NCBI GenBank assembly: GCA_039621445.1
Contig: CP154954.1
Span: 47,099,847 to 47,163,846, forward strand
Source: Euglena gracilis
Taxonomy: Eukaryota
Length of the DNA: 64,000 nucleotides
Reading direction: 5' to 3'
Every line of letters begins with the position of its first letter. Positions within the stretch are counted from its first letter, which is position 1. The position numbers were made by a program, and so were the translations under genes. This document shows, one piece after another, positions 13,201 to 27,500 of this stretch. The notes below the pieces were generated by a model. The model saw only the letters and a program-made list of their open reading frames with translations, did not search any database and was not told the origin of the DNA.

Positions 13201-15528
13201 CTGATTTGGTTGTTCAGCCAAAGGGGGGGGCATAAGTTGGGGGTTCAAAATTCAAGGAATGAAAATTTTAGTTGGTGAAAATCCAACTCCCCCAAATGAC
13301 CCCCAAACCCCCCAAGTTGGCAATTTTCGGCAAATTTGGTCAAAAATGGCATTTTTGATAATGGTCAGTGAAAAAAACAATTGCCAAAAAAATCAGCTTT
13401 TTGGGTGGTTTGTTTGCGGCCGAAACAATCATCCCCGGGTTTCTTCATCTTTCTGTCTGGGGGGGGGGGGGTTTGGTTGGTTGGCCCGAGGGGGTTTATG
13501 CTTTTATCACCTGTTTTCGACAATTTGGTGAGAAAAAAATCCTGAAAATGATATTTTAGGCTTTTTGAAGTCCCACAAAAACTTCTTTCTGGGCGCTTTA
13601 GGCCGTTTTTTTTTTTTACCTGGGGGGTCGACCCCCCCCCCCCGGGGAGGGGGGTCTGTAACCACCTCATCCCCCTAAATTTAATACCCAGCTAGCGCAC
13701 AAATACTCCTCTGGGTGACCACAAAGTTGCCCAATCACTTTGGCACAAGAGAGTTGTTGCAGAAAAGGTGTTGGAAATGTGAGGTGAGAATTTCGAGCTC
13801 CTGCAAATGTTATGGGACACACAAATATTTAGGCAAAAGTTATTTGGGGGGGTGAGAGTGATCAATGGGAGTTCAGGAAAGTCGTTAAAGGAAAATTTGC
13901 AGGGTGTGAAAAAAATTCATGCAGTTTGGGAATGTGGGAAACAAAAAAGTCATTTGAAATGCAGAATTGGTCAAAAGTTTTTGGGGTTTCGAAAAACAAT
14001 TAGTTTTTTGAATTGCCCCATGCCTCAGTGATCCAATCAATTTTTTTGGCTTGTTGTGTTTTTTTCTGATGGGGCGGGGTTTTGGGGGTGTTGGGAGGGG
14101 GGTTTTTTTTTAAAAGGGTTTCTGTGATGTTTTTTGTGTTTGCTTGTTTTGGGTGTTGGGGTGTTTGTTTTTTTTGTTCAGGGGGGGGGGGGTTTATGGG
14201 TGAGATTTTTTGCAGTGAGGCTTTTGTGTGTGTTGAAGTTGATTTTTGAAATGTTTTAAATTTTTTTTTCAATGTTTTTAAAAGGTTTTTTAGGTTTTTT
14301 GAAGGCATTTTAAAATTTTCAAAATTGTCAAGGGTCCATTTTCCAAGGGCGGTTAAATAGCTATCCGGGCATCGAACCATCGTCGGTCCAGGTTGATAAA
14401 ACGTTACGGGCAGATGGACAGTGCTCCATCAATGCCACAAAGCATTTTTCTCCCCTTGGTGTTGGCTTGTTTTTGCCAAGATTTTGTGACCTCTTCTTTG
14501 TTTGGAATTTGTTCTGGAAAATTTTTCTACAATTTAAATATTTTTTCATATACTATACTCTACTGTACTATACTATACTATAATACTGATACTATACTAC
14601 TAATACCATACTATACTATACTATACTATACTATACTATACCATACTATACTATACTATACTATACTATACTATACTATACTATACTATACTATACTATA
14701 CTATACTATACTATACTATACTATACTATACTATACTATACTACACTATACTATAATATAATATTAAATATAGTTTTTTTGGGGGTTTAAGGTTTTTTTC
14801 AGATTTTTTCGGGCATTTTGGCAAAAAAATAAGATTTTTACAAGTTTTTTTTAATTTTTTTTAAAGTGCCTTAAAAGTGATTCCTGGTTTTGTTGTCCAA
14901 TGAACAGAAGCATTGAAGAAATGAAAATTATCGGCAAAAAACAACATTTGATGCAAATTAATTTCAGGGAAAGTGGAAAATCAATTCCATTATTGTTTTT
15001 TTGGGGAGGGTCAGCCAGATAGTTAGTTAAAACCCTGGGGTGGGAAGGATTATTTGGATTTTGGTAAAACCAAAGGGGTTATTATTCAGGGGGGCTTTAA
15101 ATCCGAACCCTGTTACCCCCTTCCAAGCAATTTTGCCTCCCTGCAAAGTTAGGGGACGGATCTTTTTTTTTGCCTCTGCCCCCTACAGAGTTAGCCTAAT
15201 GGGGGCCATTGTTCAGGGGGGAATGGGGTCCAGGCTTGTGCTTAGTCGGGTACCTACCCCACGGGGGGGGGGGTGCTAGGGGCAGGCACCCTAGAGCACC
15301 CACCCAGTCAGTAAGCACAAGCATGATAGGGTCAATGCGCCACCCTCGTGCCATCCTGTGCAGATATTGGCCAAGCTGATTGATGTCTTTGGCAGTATTT
15401 CTTCGCCTAGGGTGCTTCGGATCTTGCTGTGGGTTCTGGGCACCTACTGCAAGTCTGCAGATGAGGTTTGTTCATGAGCCCCATGTGTGCGTGTGTGCGT
15501 GGCTGCGTGCACGTGCGTGCGTGCGTGC

Positions 15529-15566
<38 letters not shown>

Positions 15567-18500
15567 CTCGGAGCACACAACCCCCCCCCCTTTGGTCCGG
15601 ACCGACAGGTGACTTCTGGGTGGCCATGTCTTTTTTTAAAAAAGTTTGTGACCATTTTTTTGTGTCAACGTTTCTGTTACAGCTCAACAGAATTTCACTA
15701 AATGAAAGAAATCTGAGAGAATTTGAAGCAGCCGGAGTTTTTCTCCGAACCAAGCACCTCCCCTAGTGTGGAATCCCCCCAAATTAACACCAAATCTTTT
15801 ATTACAGGGTTATTGTTTTCTTTTCTGCTTGCACTGCCGAAAAATTCTGTGAATCATGAGGAACGTGCGTCGGAGCAATTTATCATGTCTCGGAAGATCA
15901 ACTGAGGTTTTCCCTCACCTGAACTCGGTTATATATGATTTTTTTGTGAGTTTTTCTGGCAGCATTTCATGCGCCTCACCATGAAGCATGACCATTTTGT
16001 TAATGCTTGTTGGATCTCTGCAAGGCCTCCAGCAAAAAAAAACCCAACTGCTGGTTCCCAAAAGCCCCCAGACAAAATTTTTTTTTGCATCATTGTGTTA
16101 CTGCCCCTTTTTCGACCTCTCTGGTGCACAAACATGACCCCCCCCCCCAAACTCTACTGATTGGGGGGGTGCGCATGCTATTCATAAAGGCAATCCCAAT
16201 CATAAGGCTGATTCCAGATTTCTTTCACTTTTTTTTGGAATTTTTTTGTCCGTTTGCCAAAAGCATTTACAATTTTGTGCATAGCACAGATCAGGGCTGC
16301 CTACCGCTGACAAGCTACATATGTGTGCGTGTATGTGTGCATCCAGCTGTTTCCTCTGCCACAGGTGATGTCCGCCATGAGTGCTATCAAGGCGGCTATT
16401 GGCTCTTTTCCGTTGGTTCCCATTGAAAAGGTTTGTTTGCTGTTGATGTCAGATGCCACATGCAGTCATGGGGTGATGGGTTTTTATCTTTCCAAGCTCA
16501 TTTGTTTGTATTAAGGGCATCACATCCCCGGGGGGGGGGTCCAGCCAGCCAGCAGCCTTTTTTCCAGGCAGCGGCTTTTTTCCCTGCCCAGGAGCAGGGT
16601 TTTCTCAAGCCGGAGGGGACCCTGCCCCCGGTGGGGGGATCTAGCCAGGCATCACTTTTTTCCAGCCAGCAGCTCCCAGCCGTGCTGCAGACCCCTCCCG
16701 GGGGGGGGGTCAGCTGAAATAAAGTTGGGTCCAGCCCGCCTTTGCCGGGCTGGACCGAAACCTTTTTTCAGCGTAAAGTGTCAAAGTTTTTGAAAAGAGG
16801 GGGCAAAAATGGCCAACCATGGCATTTTTGAATAGTTTTTGGTTTCACCTCAAATTTTTGGCTGAAAAATGCCAGCCAGGCTGGATTCGGGCTTTTTTTG
16901 GCCTGTTTTTGGCCGGGTCCAGCTGCCAGCCGACCGGCCGGACCCCCCCCCCCCTGGACCCCCAGAGTATTGAGCGGTGGTTTTGCGAAGGGGGGTTGAG
17001 GGGGGGCAGACCCCCCCCTCCTCCCCCTTCGTACCGAGGGGGGTCCGGGACCCCCTGGAAACCCAAAACAAGTGATGAAAAATAAAAGGATTTGGTGTGT
17101 TTTGACTGATTTTCCATAAAAAAATGTGAAGGCAAATTTTATTATCAGCCCTTTGCGCCGGAAATTTTTTTGCACAGCAGGGGGGAGGGGGGGTCCAGAC
17201 CCCCCGGTCATTTAATACCCTGTGGATCCCCATCCCCCCAGGGGGGGGTCCAGCCAGCACCATTTTTCCAGCCAGCACCTTTTTCCAGCTGACCCGTGGG
17301 ACCCCTCCTCCCCTGAGGTCCTTAAGAAAACCTCCCACGACGAGTTTTATTTATTTTGTGGCCGGGCGGCTGGAGGGTGGACAGTGGCAAGGGAGGCTGG
17401 ACAGTGACCAATTTTTGGCTTTTGGGGGTGCAAAATGGGCAAAAATGAACTCAATTTGAGCTGTCAGGACAAGTTTAAGGTCAAAAAATTGATTTTTTGC
17501 ATAACTCGCAGTTGTTGGGGTATTTTTGCATTTTGTTTTTTTTTGGGGTGCCCGGTTCGACCCCAGGCCCAGTTCCAGCCGGGGGACCCTTATGGGGGGA
17601 GCCAGCCCAAACATTCCAGCCTCTGAGCTGGACCCCCCAGGAGTTGGGGCGCCCGGGAGGGACGCCCTGGCTGGGAGGTGCCATTTTTCATTTCCCCCTT
17701 AAGTGAAAAATGGCACCTCTCAACCTCGGGCGTTTTTTTGAAGCTGCGTTCAGTTTTCAGAAGCCCAACATCTGAAACTCAATCTTTTTGACCGTTTTTT
17801 CTTGCTTCCCAGGCAGCTGGTGAGGACACCACCAACCGACAGAGGAAGGGAGCAGAGGCCACCGATGCCACCGGAGATGTCGCCAGGATGGTGTGCAAGT
17901 TCGACGAGTCATTTCTGTGCATAAATAAATTTAGTCACCAGTCCAATTAGTTTCATAACTTTAATTGGTTTATGCGTCGCTATGCACGCTGCATGTACAT
18001 GCAGGATGTGCAACAAGAGTGGCTGGTGTCTTCTCCTGGTCCCTGGCCTCTCCCGAACCTGATGACTGCTTTTTGCCTTCACAGACAAACACAACTATCA
18101 GCAAGGATGGCACGTATGTCACGACCGTCACAGAGTCTGCACCCATCGCCACAGACAGTGGAGAATTGCCATTGAGGTACGTTGCATTACCTCGCTCCCA
18201 CGTTGGTTTTTTTCCAGGTGTTTCACACAATAGCCCCCCAAATTAAGGCCCGGGTCTTACTTTTGGGTCGACCCTCCCCCCACCACCTCTTCCTGTTTTT
18301 CTGATGGCACCAGTTTTTGGACCCCAAATTTTTTTCCCGGTGCCTTAGGGTGAATTTTGGACCCATTTTGGGACCCATTTGGGAGGCCCAAAGACCCCAT
18401 TTTTTCACTCTTTCCAAGAATTCAACATTTTCTCAAAATTTTGATTTTGAGAGGTTCTTTGAAGCAAAAAAAATGCCATTGAAAATCCAGAAAATTTCCA

Positions 18501-21500
18501 AGATAAAAAAATGTCAGTAAAATTTGATTGCACCAAAATTTGGTCCAATTTTTTTGATCTTTGTTTTTTTCACCCCCCTCCTAAAGACTACCAGTTTTCC
18601 AACCTGAAATTTTTGGGATTTTTTGGGGGGGGAAAATGTGGTTTTCCATCAAAAAATCATGTATTTTTGGGTTCATTTTTCAAAAAAATTTAAGAAAATT
18701 CGCCGGCCAAAATCCCCGTTTTCCCAAAATTGATGAAAATGCTGTGGTGGGTGGGGGGTGTCGACCCCCCCCCCCCCACCTCCCGGGTGGGGAGGTTGAC
18801 CACCTGCCCCCACCAGGCCTTCCCGTTCTGCCCTGGCAGGGGGGGGGTGTTATTTTTGGGGGGGTCTTGTTTTTGGATTTTTTCTTGACCAACCCGGGCC
18901 CCAAAAAGCATCATTTTTCATGCCCAAGAACATTTCCTTCGGCGCTCAAATTGGTGTAAGTTGATATTTACCATGTTTTTTGCACTTCAAAAATCCGAAA
19001 ATTTTTAAAATTTCATCATTTTTGTGTCTGAAATTGTGTTTTTTGGTAATTTTTAAGGGTAAATTTTCGCCGTCAGGGGGTCTTATTTTTGGCAGGGGTC
19101 TTATTTTTGGATATTTTGGTTGAACGGCCCGGGGGGGGAGGGGCTATTTTTTAGGGGGGTGATTTTTGGTGGGTTTATGGCATCAAGTGGAGTCCCCCAG
19201 AGTTGAGCATGGGGTACTGTGGGGGCAGGTGTGGGGGGAGTGTGGGGGTGTGGGGGGGGGCAGTGTGGGGGTGACAGTGCGGCGGAGTGTGGGGGAGTGT
19301 GGGGGGCGGTGGCATTTTCCCATTTTTGCATTTTTTAAAATTTTTGATTTTCTGTGAAAATGATATTTTCCTCATGTTTCTATATGATTTCTTCCAATTT
19401 GGAGCCGTTTTTTTGCCTTTTTTTAAGGTAAGTTTTGCATTTTGGTGGTTTTTTCTTAAGCCCTTCCTCTCGGATTGTGCACGCTTTTTGTGCATTTTGC
19501 CCCCAAGATGCATTGTTTTTTTTTAAAGAGATGCGACTCTTATTCATATGCAGGGTGGGGGGAATTGACCCGCAATTTCTGTAATTTTTCGCAATTTTCT
19601 GCAATTTTCCGCAATTTTCCGCAATTTTTCCGCAGTTTCCGCAGTTTTCCTGCAATTTTTTTCCCTTTTCGCAATTCTTCCGCATAAGCCTGAACAGAAG
19701 TTGAGATGAGTTTTGGCCAGTTCTCGAACATATCACAAGGGCGTTTTTTTTGCTCCTTGTTACAAATTTCCAAAATTTTGTCAAATTTTACAAAATTTGA
19801 CAAAATTTGGCAATTTCTGGGTCTTTTTTAGGTTTTCCCTCTTTCTGCTAGGAAATAATTTTGATTTAAAAAAATTCTATATTGAACCAGATTTTTTCCT
19901 GAGACCAATTTTTTTGGCGATTTTCCCCCATATTTCCAGAATCAGCATGTTTTCAAATTAGAAAAATCATTCTTTTGGACCTTTTTGTTGGAAACGTGAA
20001 TACCAGCTCAAAGCTGCATTTGCAAAATTTGCAACATCTATGTTGCAAAATGACCAAATTTTTTTTTTAAGTTTGTGAATATTTTCTAAGTCCCCTCCAG
20101 CAGAAATGTGCATATTCTCCACATCAATTTTCCGCAATTTTCCCGTAATTTTCCCGTAATTTTCCCGCAATTTTTCCTAAGTCGTTCGATATCAATCCCC
20201 CCCCTGCATATGACTCAGAATTTCCGCTTTGTGAGCACTTCTGCACACATGCTGTCTTCGGCCAATTGCCACTAATTCATTCTTTGTGTTCCCGAGGAAA
20301 GGGGTGTTGTTATGCCCCCCCCCCCCCGACAAGGCTGAAGGCTGAAAAAGTCAAAAAATGGCATTCGAACATTTGGCCACATGTTGGAAATTTGGCCACA
20401 TTTGGCAATTTCAGTTGCAACAAAAGGGGCGTTGTCTCGAGCAAAAGTGTGAGGGGAGTGTGGGGTGACAGCTGGGGGGGGGGAGTGTGGGGGGGGGGGT
20501 GAGTGTGGGGTTACAATCTGGGGTGACAGTGGGGGGGGGCGGGAGTGTGGAGTGACAGTGTGGGGGGGGGAGTGTGGGGGGAGTGTGGGGTGCAGGGCAG
20601 AACGGGAATCGGCCAAACAGCCAGGGTGGTGGGAGGGAGGTCAACCCCCCCTCCCCACCCCCTGCATGGTGGGCAGGCGACGCCCACCTCCCGTTTTCTG
20701 GGAGCACCAATTTTCGACCCCAAACATTTTTCCTGGCGCCTATGGCTCCGGGAAAAATTTGTTGAAAAATCTGTGAAAATGCTGGTGGGGGGATCGACCA
20801 CCCCCTCCCCCACCTCCGGAATTCCATCCATTTCAAGGAGTGAAACACTCATTGGCAGCCGTCTGATGCCATTCCTGAAATTTTGCGCCGCACAGACATG
20901 GCCAACCGTTTGTTGCCTCCGAATGACGACACAGGCTTGCATTCCATCAGGACGTTGTTGGCAACGGGGGACTTCTTCCTGGCCAGCGCCTTGTGCAACA
21001 CACTGGTGAAGTTTGTGTTGCTGATGCAGGGGGACGAGCGGCAGCACGTCAAGACAGAATTGAAGGTGCGCCATTGCAGGGGGGGGGAGGAAAGGCAAAC
21101 GCGCTTTTTTTTTGTGCTCTTTTGCATTTTTTTTTAATTTTGGCGAAATTTGCGTTTTGCGCTTTTTTTGTGTTTTTTTTTTTGCTTTTTTTCCCCAGCG
21201 TTTTTTTTTCATTTTGGGAATTTTTCTTTGACTCTGAAAAATTCCTCGTTTTGCCCTGATTTCCCCGCAAGAGCAAAAATTTTGTCACTTTTTTGCACTT
21301 TTTTTTTGGTCAAATGCTTATTTTTTATTTTTTGAAAAAAATAAAATAATTCCCCCGGTGGATCTGAAAGTATTTCAAGTCCTCTCCAGCAGAAAGTGTC
21401 CTTCCCAGGGGAGCTCCTGAAGGATTTTGCTTGCACGCACGTTTTTTTTTTTAGGCGTTTATTTGCATTTATTTGTTGTTTTTTTGCGTCGTCTTTTTAA

Positions 21501-24500
21501 TGGCCGATGTAGCCCCCCCCCCCCCGGCCAGTGGTCCTGTGAGCGTCTGCAATGGGCTGACCTGGGTGTTGCACAGTCTACCACACCTCATTTTGGTTTC
21601 GGAAAATAGCAGTACTATTTCAAAGGATGGGAAATCCACTAGTTTGAGCTCCAATTTCGCTTGTGTGGCCGACAGATGGATGCAATGGAGATCGTCAACG
21701 AGCTCCTGCGCCTTGGGTCCCATTCCAAGCCCCCGATCGACAACGACTCCCATGAGCGGATCGTCTTGTGTCTGGCGCTGCTGCAGAATGCCAACACCGT
21801 TCCGGCCAAGGTCGAGAATTTATGCTTGGACACCATTTGGCACAGAACTTGAGCGTTCTTGTCCAGACCATAGAATCATTTAGCACCTGTGTGGCCCCTC
21901 CCCCGGGGCAGGGCAGAACGGGAATCAACCGAACAGCCAGGGTGGTGGGTGGGGGGGGTCAACCCCCCCCCCCCACCCCCTGCATGGTGGGTGGAGGGGG
22001 GGGGTCGACCCCCCCACCACCTCTTCCCGTATTTCCGGGAGCACTAATTTTTGGACCCGGAAAAATTTTTCCGGCGCCTTCGGCGCTGGGTGGTTTTTTG
22101 ACTCATTTTGGGACCCATTTTGGGACCCATTTTGGGACCATATAGGGGGTCCCCCCAAGAACCCCTGAAATGAACCTACTGAAATTGAATTGAAAGTCCA
22201 GAATTTTTCAACGAGAAAAAAATTTCAGTAAAATTTGACTGTGCCAAAATTTTGTCCACTTTTTTTGACCTTCGTTTTTTTCACCCCCCTCCTAAATATT
22301 GTCAATTTTTAACCCTGAAAATTTTGAGATTTTTTTGTGAAAAAAATGTCATTTTCCATCAAAAAATCATGTGTTTGGGTTTCATTTTTCAAAAAAAAAT
22401 TCCAAAATTTTCCGGCCAAAATCCCGGTTTTCCTGAAATCGGTGAAATGCTGTGGTGGGTGGCGGGTGTCGACCCACACCACCTCCCGGATGGGGGGGAG
22501 TCGACCCCCCCCCCCCCCCCCCCAGGCCTTCCCGTTCGGCCCTGCCGGGGGGGGGGGGGGGGGGGTGGTTGGGGCACCGGGACCAGGCTTGTGCTTAGTC
22601 GGGTGCCTACCCCGCGGGGGGGGGAGAGGGTGCTAGGGGAAGGCACCCTATAGCACCCGATCCGACCCCCCCGGGGGGGGGTAGGGTTTTGGGGGGTGCC
22701 TTCCCATAGCAGGCACCCCCCCCCCCGCCCCCGGCGCCGGGGCCCCGGAAAAGGCCATTTTGAAAAATTTCTGGGTCCCCCCCCCCCCGGGGGGTGTGCC
22801 TGCTAGGGGCAGGCGCCCTATAGCACTCACCCCCCCTCCCCCCCAGTCAGTGAGCACAAGCCTGACCGGGACCCGTGGGGGAGGTGAACCATGATTCAGG
22901 TTTTTGCCCGGCCGAAGCCCAGGCCGGAAATATTCTTTCTGTGTTTTGGGCCGATGCTGGCTGGAGTTTGTGTGGGTGGGTGGGTGGGTGGTTGGCCCCC
23001 CGGGGGGCGGTCGTGGGTGGGTGGGGTTTCGAAAAAAGTGGGTGGGTGGGTTTTCAAATAAAAGTGGGTGGGTGGGTTTGGGCCCAGGAAAAAGTTCCCC
23101 CTGGGGCAGGGGCTTTTTTAGTTGTGGACCCTGGGGGGAGGGGGGGGGTTGGGTGGTTGGGTCCGGCCGAGCCCCCCCCCCCCAGGGGGGGTCCCCCAGA
23201 GGGGGGGATATACTTTCGGCGCCGAAAAAGTGCTATTTTTAGCACTTTTCATGATTTCTCTGCCATTTTTTTTTTATGGGTCCCCCAGGGCCCCCCCCCC
23301 CCCCCGGGGGGCCCTCCGGGGGGGGGGGTGGGGGGGGGTCCCCCCCGGTCTGAAAAAAACCCCTGCCCTGGGGGGTCACTAAGTAAATCTATGATCCAGA
23401 CTCAAGGCCCTCAGCTGTGATGAACTCCAGCAATACTGCTCAATCAGGGACAGCTTTTTCTCCCTCCATGTGCTGAAGGATGCAAAGTGTTGATTTCTTT
23501 TTTTCCTTCAAACCCAAAATGCTCAATGGCCCAAATTGGGCTGTCAGTTCCAGGGCGGTCCATAAGGGACAGGATTTTTTTTTTAGTTAAGGACCGCCCC
23601 TTAAGGACCCCCCCCCCAGGGCAGTTTTGGACCCGAAAAAAATTTTCCGGCGCCTTCGCCGCCGGGTGTTTTTTTTGCCCCATTTTGGGACCCATATGCA
23701 GGCACCCATGGCTAAAATGGCCTAAAATGCCTAAAATGGCCTTAAATGGCCTAAATTGGCCTAAAATAGGGGAACTTTGGGGCTTGACCATAGGTGCTTG
23801 CCAAGGTTGACTGCTTGTTTTTTTGAAACAAAAAAAACCAGGTGTTTTTTTTAAAAAAAAGTGCTTTTTTAAAAAAAAACTTTTTTTTTTACAAAAACCA
23901 CAACAAAAAGGCGTCACTTTTTGATGACCAAAAATGATTTCAGAACTTTTTCCTCAAAAAAATGGCCATTTCGCAAGGAAAACTCCCTCAAAACCCCATT
24001 TTTCACACCTTCCAAAAAATCAACATTTTCTCAAAATGTTGACTTTGAGAGGTTTTGAAGCAAAAAAAAAAATGCCATTGAAAATCCAAAAAATTTGACA
24101 GAGAAAAAATGTCAGTAAAATTTGACTGTGCCAAAATTTGTTCCACTTTTTTTTGACTTTCGTTATTTTCCACCCCTCCTAAAACTACCAAATTTAACCC
24201 TGAAATCTTTGAGATTTTTCTGTGAAAAAAATGTGGTTTTCCATCAAAAAATCACCAATTTTTTCGGCTTCCAATTTTGTCGGTTCTAATTTTATCTAGC
24301 CCCAATTTTTTCCCCCCGGTATTTTGGGTTCATTTCTTCAAAAAATTTTAAAATTTTCAGCCCAAATCCCCCGTTTTCCCGAAATTGGTGAAAATGCTGC
24401 CCAAAACGTTGCCCAAAATCCCCCCAAACCCCATTTTTTTCACACCTTCTAAAATTTCAACATTTCTCATAGTTTTGATTTTGAGAGATTTTGGAAGCAA

Positions 24501-27500
24501 AAAATGCCACTGAAAATCCAAGAAATTTCCAAGAAAAAAAATGTCCGTAAAATTTGAATGTTTCAAAATTTGGTCCCATTTTTTTGACCTGCATTTTTTT
24601 GACCACCCTCCTAAAAACGAACAATTTTCAACCCTAAAAATTTGGAGTTTTTTTGGGGGAAAAATGTATGTATTTTGGGTGTTCATTTTTCAAAACATTT
24701 TCAAAAAAACCCCGCCCTTTTCCTTATTTTTTTGGTTGAAGTGTATGGGGACAGGATTTTTTTTTTTTGCTTAAGGACCGCCCTGGTCAGTTCCATCACC
24801 CCCCCTTCAGGGAAGTTAACGTATCTCCTGAGGTGGCAGGAGCATTGGATTCTTGTGCAACGCGTTTGTTTTCTTTCTGCTTCCCCTTTTCCCTGTGGTG
24901 GGTTGGGGGGAAGAATTGTTGTTATTGTAGTTCAACTGTTACTGGTGTTGTGAGGTTATAAGGTTGGACGGTTTGGGAGAGTGCAACTGCTGCGCAGCAC
25001 TTTTGAACTTCACTGAAAATCAGTCACCCAGGTGCAGGGATGTGTGGGAAGCCTGCGGTGCTGAGGTAGGTGTTAGGAGGAGGGTCCAGACCCCTATCTT
25101 GCATTTTACCGTATCGACACCTTATATTGGGTAAGGTGGTGGGTCCGGACCGCCCTCCAGATGTTGGAAGGGGGTGTCTGGACCCACCCCCACTGCCTTT
25201 GGCAAGTTCCAAAAAATAGCGAAAAAATTTTCTTCCAGCACATACGCCAGAAAATGCAACAAAAAGGTCCCTTTCCTTATTTTCAAGCGTATTGCACATT
25301 TTTTGATGTTTTGGTGTTTTCCACATAAAAAATGAAAACAAGTACAAAGAATATTTTCGTTCTTGGATATTTTTTGAAGAAGGATCAGAGATTTTTTTCA
25401 ACATATTTTGCCTGGTATTGGGTCCTTGACCGTCAACAAAACCAAACAATTCCCCTGCCCTTTACGGTTTCGAGGTAGGAGGGAAGGTCCGAACCCCCCA
25501 GGGCTTCCCATACATCCCTGCCCAAGTGTGAAGGAAAACAAAATTGTGTTTTTTGCAACTTGTTGTTCGTTTCTTTTTTTTGCATTTTGTTTTCTTCTCC
25601 TATTGATTTTCTGTTCTGTTTGCTTCTTTGGATAGTATCAACCCAGTAATTTGGTAAAAGGCGACCTTTGATTTTTGCCAGACGCCTGCTTCGGTTTGGA
25701 GTTGCTGCCAACCCTCCTGCTGCCCCAACAGGGCTTGAGAAGGGCAGGCATCAGGGTGCGGCCCTCCTGGCTCAGTCCCCAGAAACAATTTCGCACAAAC
25801 ACGTTCATGCGCCATCTGTGCCTTGTATTAGTTTTGTGTAGCCTTGTTTTTGGGCCCCCAATTTTGTGCGATCTTTCACCATACGCATACATCACCACAC
25901 GCAAAGTCCATCATCAACGTCTTGCACATTCCCAAAATCAAATTCAAACCCAATGATCTCACGCCTGGAAGTTTTTTTTTGCCTTGAATACCGCCCAAAA
26001 GAATTGCCGTTTCAAAAAAGGAGTCATCAAAACAGGCAATATCATGGAGTGCGGCTCCATGACATTTCCCCTTCCCACCACGGCTTCGCATCCCTGGCCG
26101 GAGCCAACCGCCAAAACTTCGGAGCGGCCAAGCCCCCCCCCCCCCGCCCTAGGCGCTGGTGGAGGGCTCCGTCAAGGCGTTCGCAGACATGCTGCAGGAG
26201 ACGGCCACCACGGTGGTGGACGCCGGCACCGCCGCCCCGGCCGCCGCCAGCGTGCCCGTCGACTCCACCATCAAGTTCTCCCAGTTCTCCAAGGGTGTGC
26301 CGGGGAGGGGGGGGTGACAGGGGGGTCGACACGGGGCGGTGGGACGGTGTCGGCAACGGCACCGGCTGTACGGTGTTGCTGCTCTGTACTGCACTGCACC
26401 CCCGCACGACACTGACGAAGGGGTCCCGGTTCTGGGCATTTTGGGATTTTTTTTTGGATTTCAATGCCATCCAAGGTCCAGCCATCCTGCACAAGGAGAA
26501 AACCAAATTTGCACAATATTATAAATACCTTTTTTTCGGAAGGGCGCTTCCATTTGGAACACTTTGATTTTTGGAATTCCATTTAAATTATGTATTTCAG
26601 GGACAGGGGGCTCTGAATTTCATCTGGGGGGGATGGGGTTCGGGTGATGCACCAGCGCTTATTGCTGTTGTTTTTTTTCGAAGTTTCTATTTTATGAGTT
26701 TTTTCCTTTCATTTTTTCTTCCAGTGCTCCTCAAAGAAAAAACATGACATATTGTCTCCGTCAAATATTTTTTATGCTTTTTGCAAAATGTTTTCAGTGA
26801 AGCTTTTTTTTGAAAAGAAGTTACGTATATCCAAGTCCCCTCTCAAAAAAAAAAGAGCCAAGGGACAGAATTTGTTAGGGGGGAGTCCCAATCAGGGTTT
26901 TTTTTTTAAGTCTTGGACCCTCGGGGAGGGGGGAGGGGTCTGGCCGAGCCCTCCTCCCCCCCAGAGGGGGGTGGGATATACTTTTCGGCACCGAAAGCGC
27001 CAAAATTTTTTAAAAAGGTGCATTTTTTGCATTTTTCACGATTTTTTGGCCTTTTCGCGGGAAAAATGGGTTGGGTCCCTGGTTTTCGGGGAAAATTGTG
27101 TTGGGTTCCCTTGACCCCTCCCTGGGGGGGGCGCCCCCCCCCCCCAGGGGTAGTGGGTTGGTTGGGGGACCCTTCCTCCCCCCCCCCCGGTCTTAAAAAA
27201 ACCCCATACCACTCCTTAATCACAGTGGGGGGGGGTCTGGACCGACCCCGGAGGATTCCCCAGAAGTCAATTTTTTTCTTCCAGACCCCCAAAATGCCCC
27301 AAATGCCCAAAATGGCATTTGGAGTCGAAATGGGGACAGGGATTTTTTTTGCTCCAGCGCTTTGTTCCAGACCAAAAATGTTCCATTTTGGCTGTGTTTG
27401 TTACGGTAGAAGCCACCCCCCTTGACTGGAGGGGTCCAGCCCTTGTATCGAACCCTGGGGGAGTACTTTCATCAGATTTTTTTTGTGATTTGCCCCTTCG

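Noticed and set aside
14393-14761. ORF with (YYTIL)n repeat
   Set aside because: Translation of the (TACTA)n microsatellite.
5700-20180. CRISPR-like arrays from TGCAATTTTG / GCAATTTTCC repeats
   Set aside because: Tandem decamers with no unique spacers, no cas genes, and a eukaryotic context.
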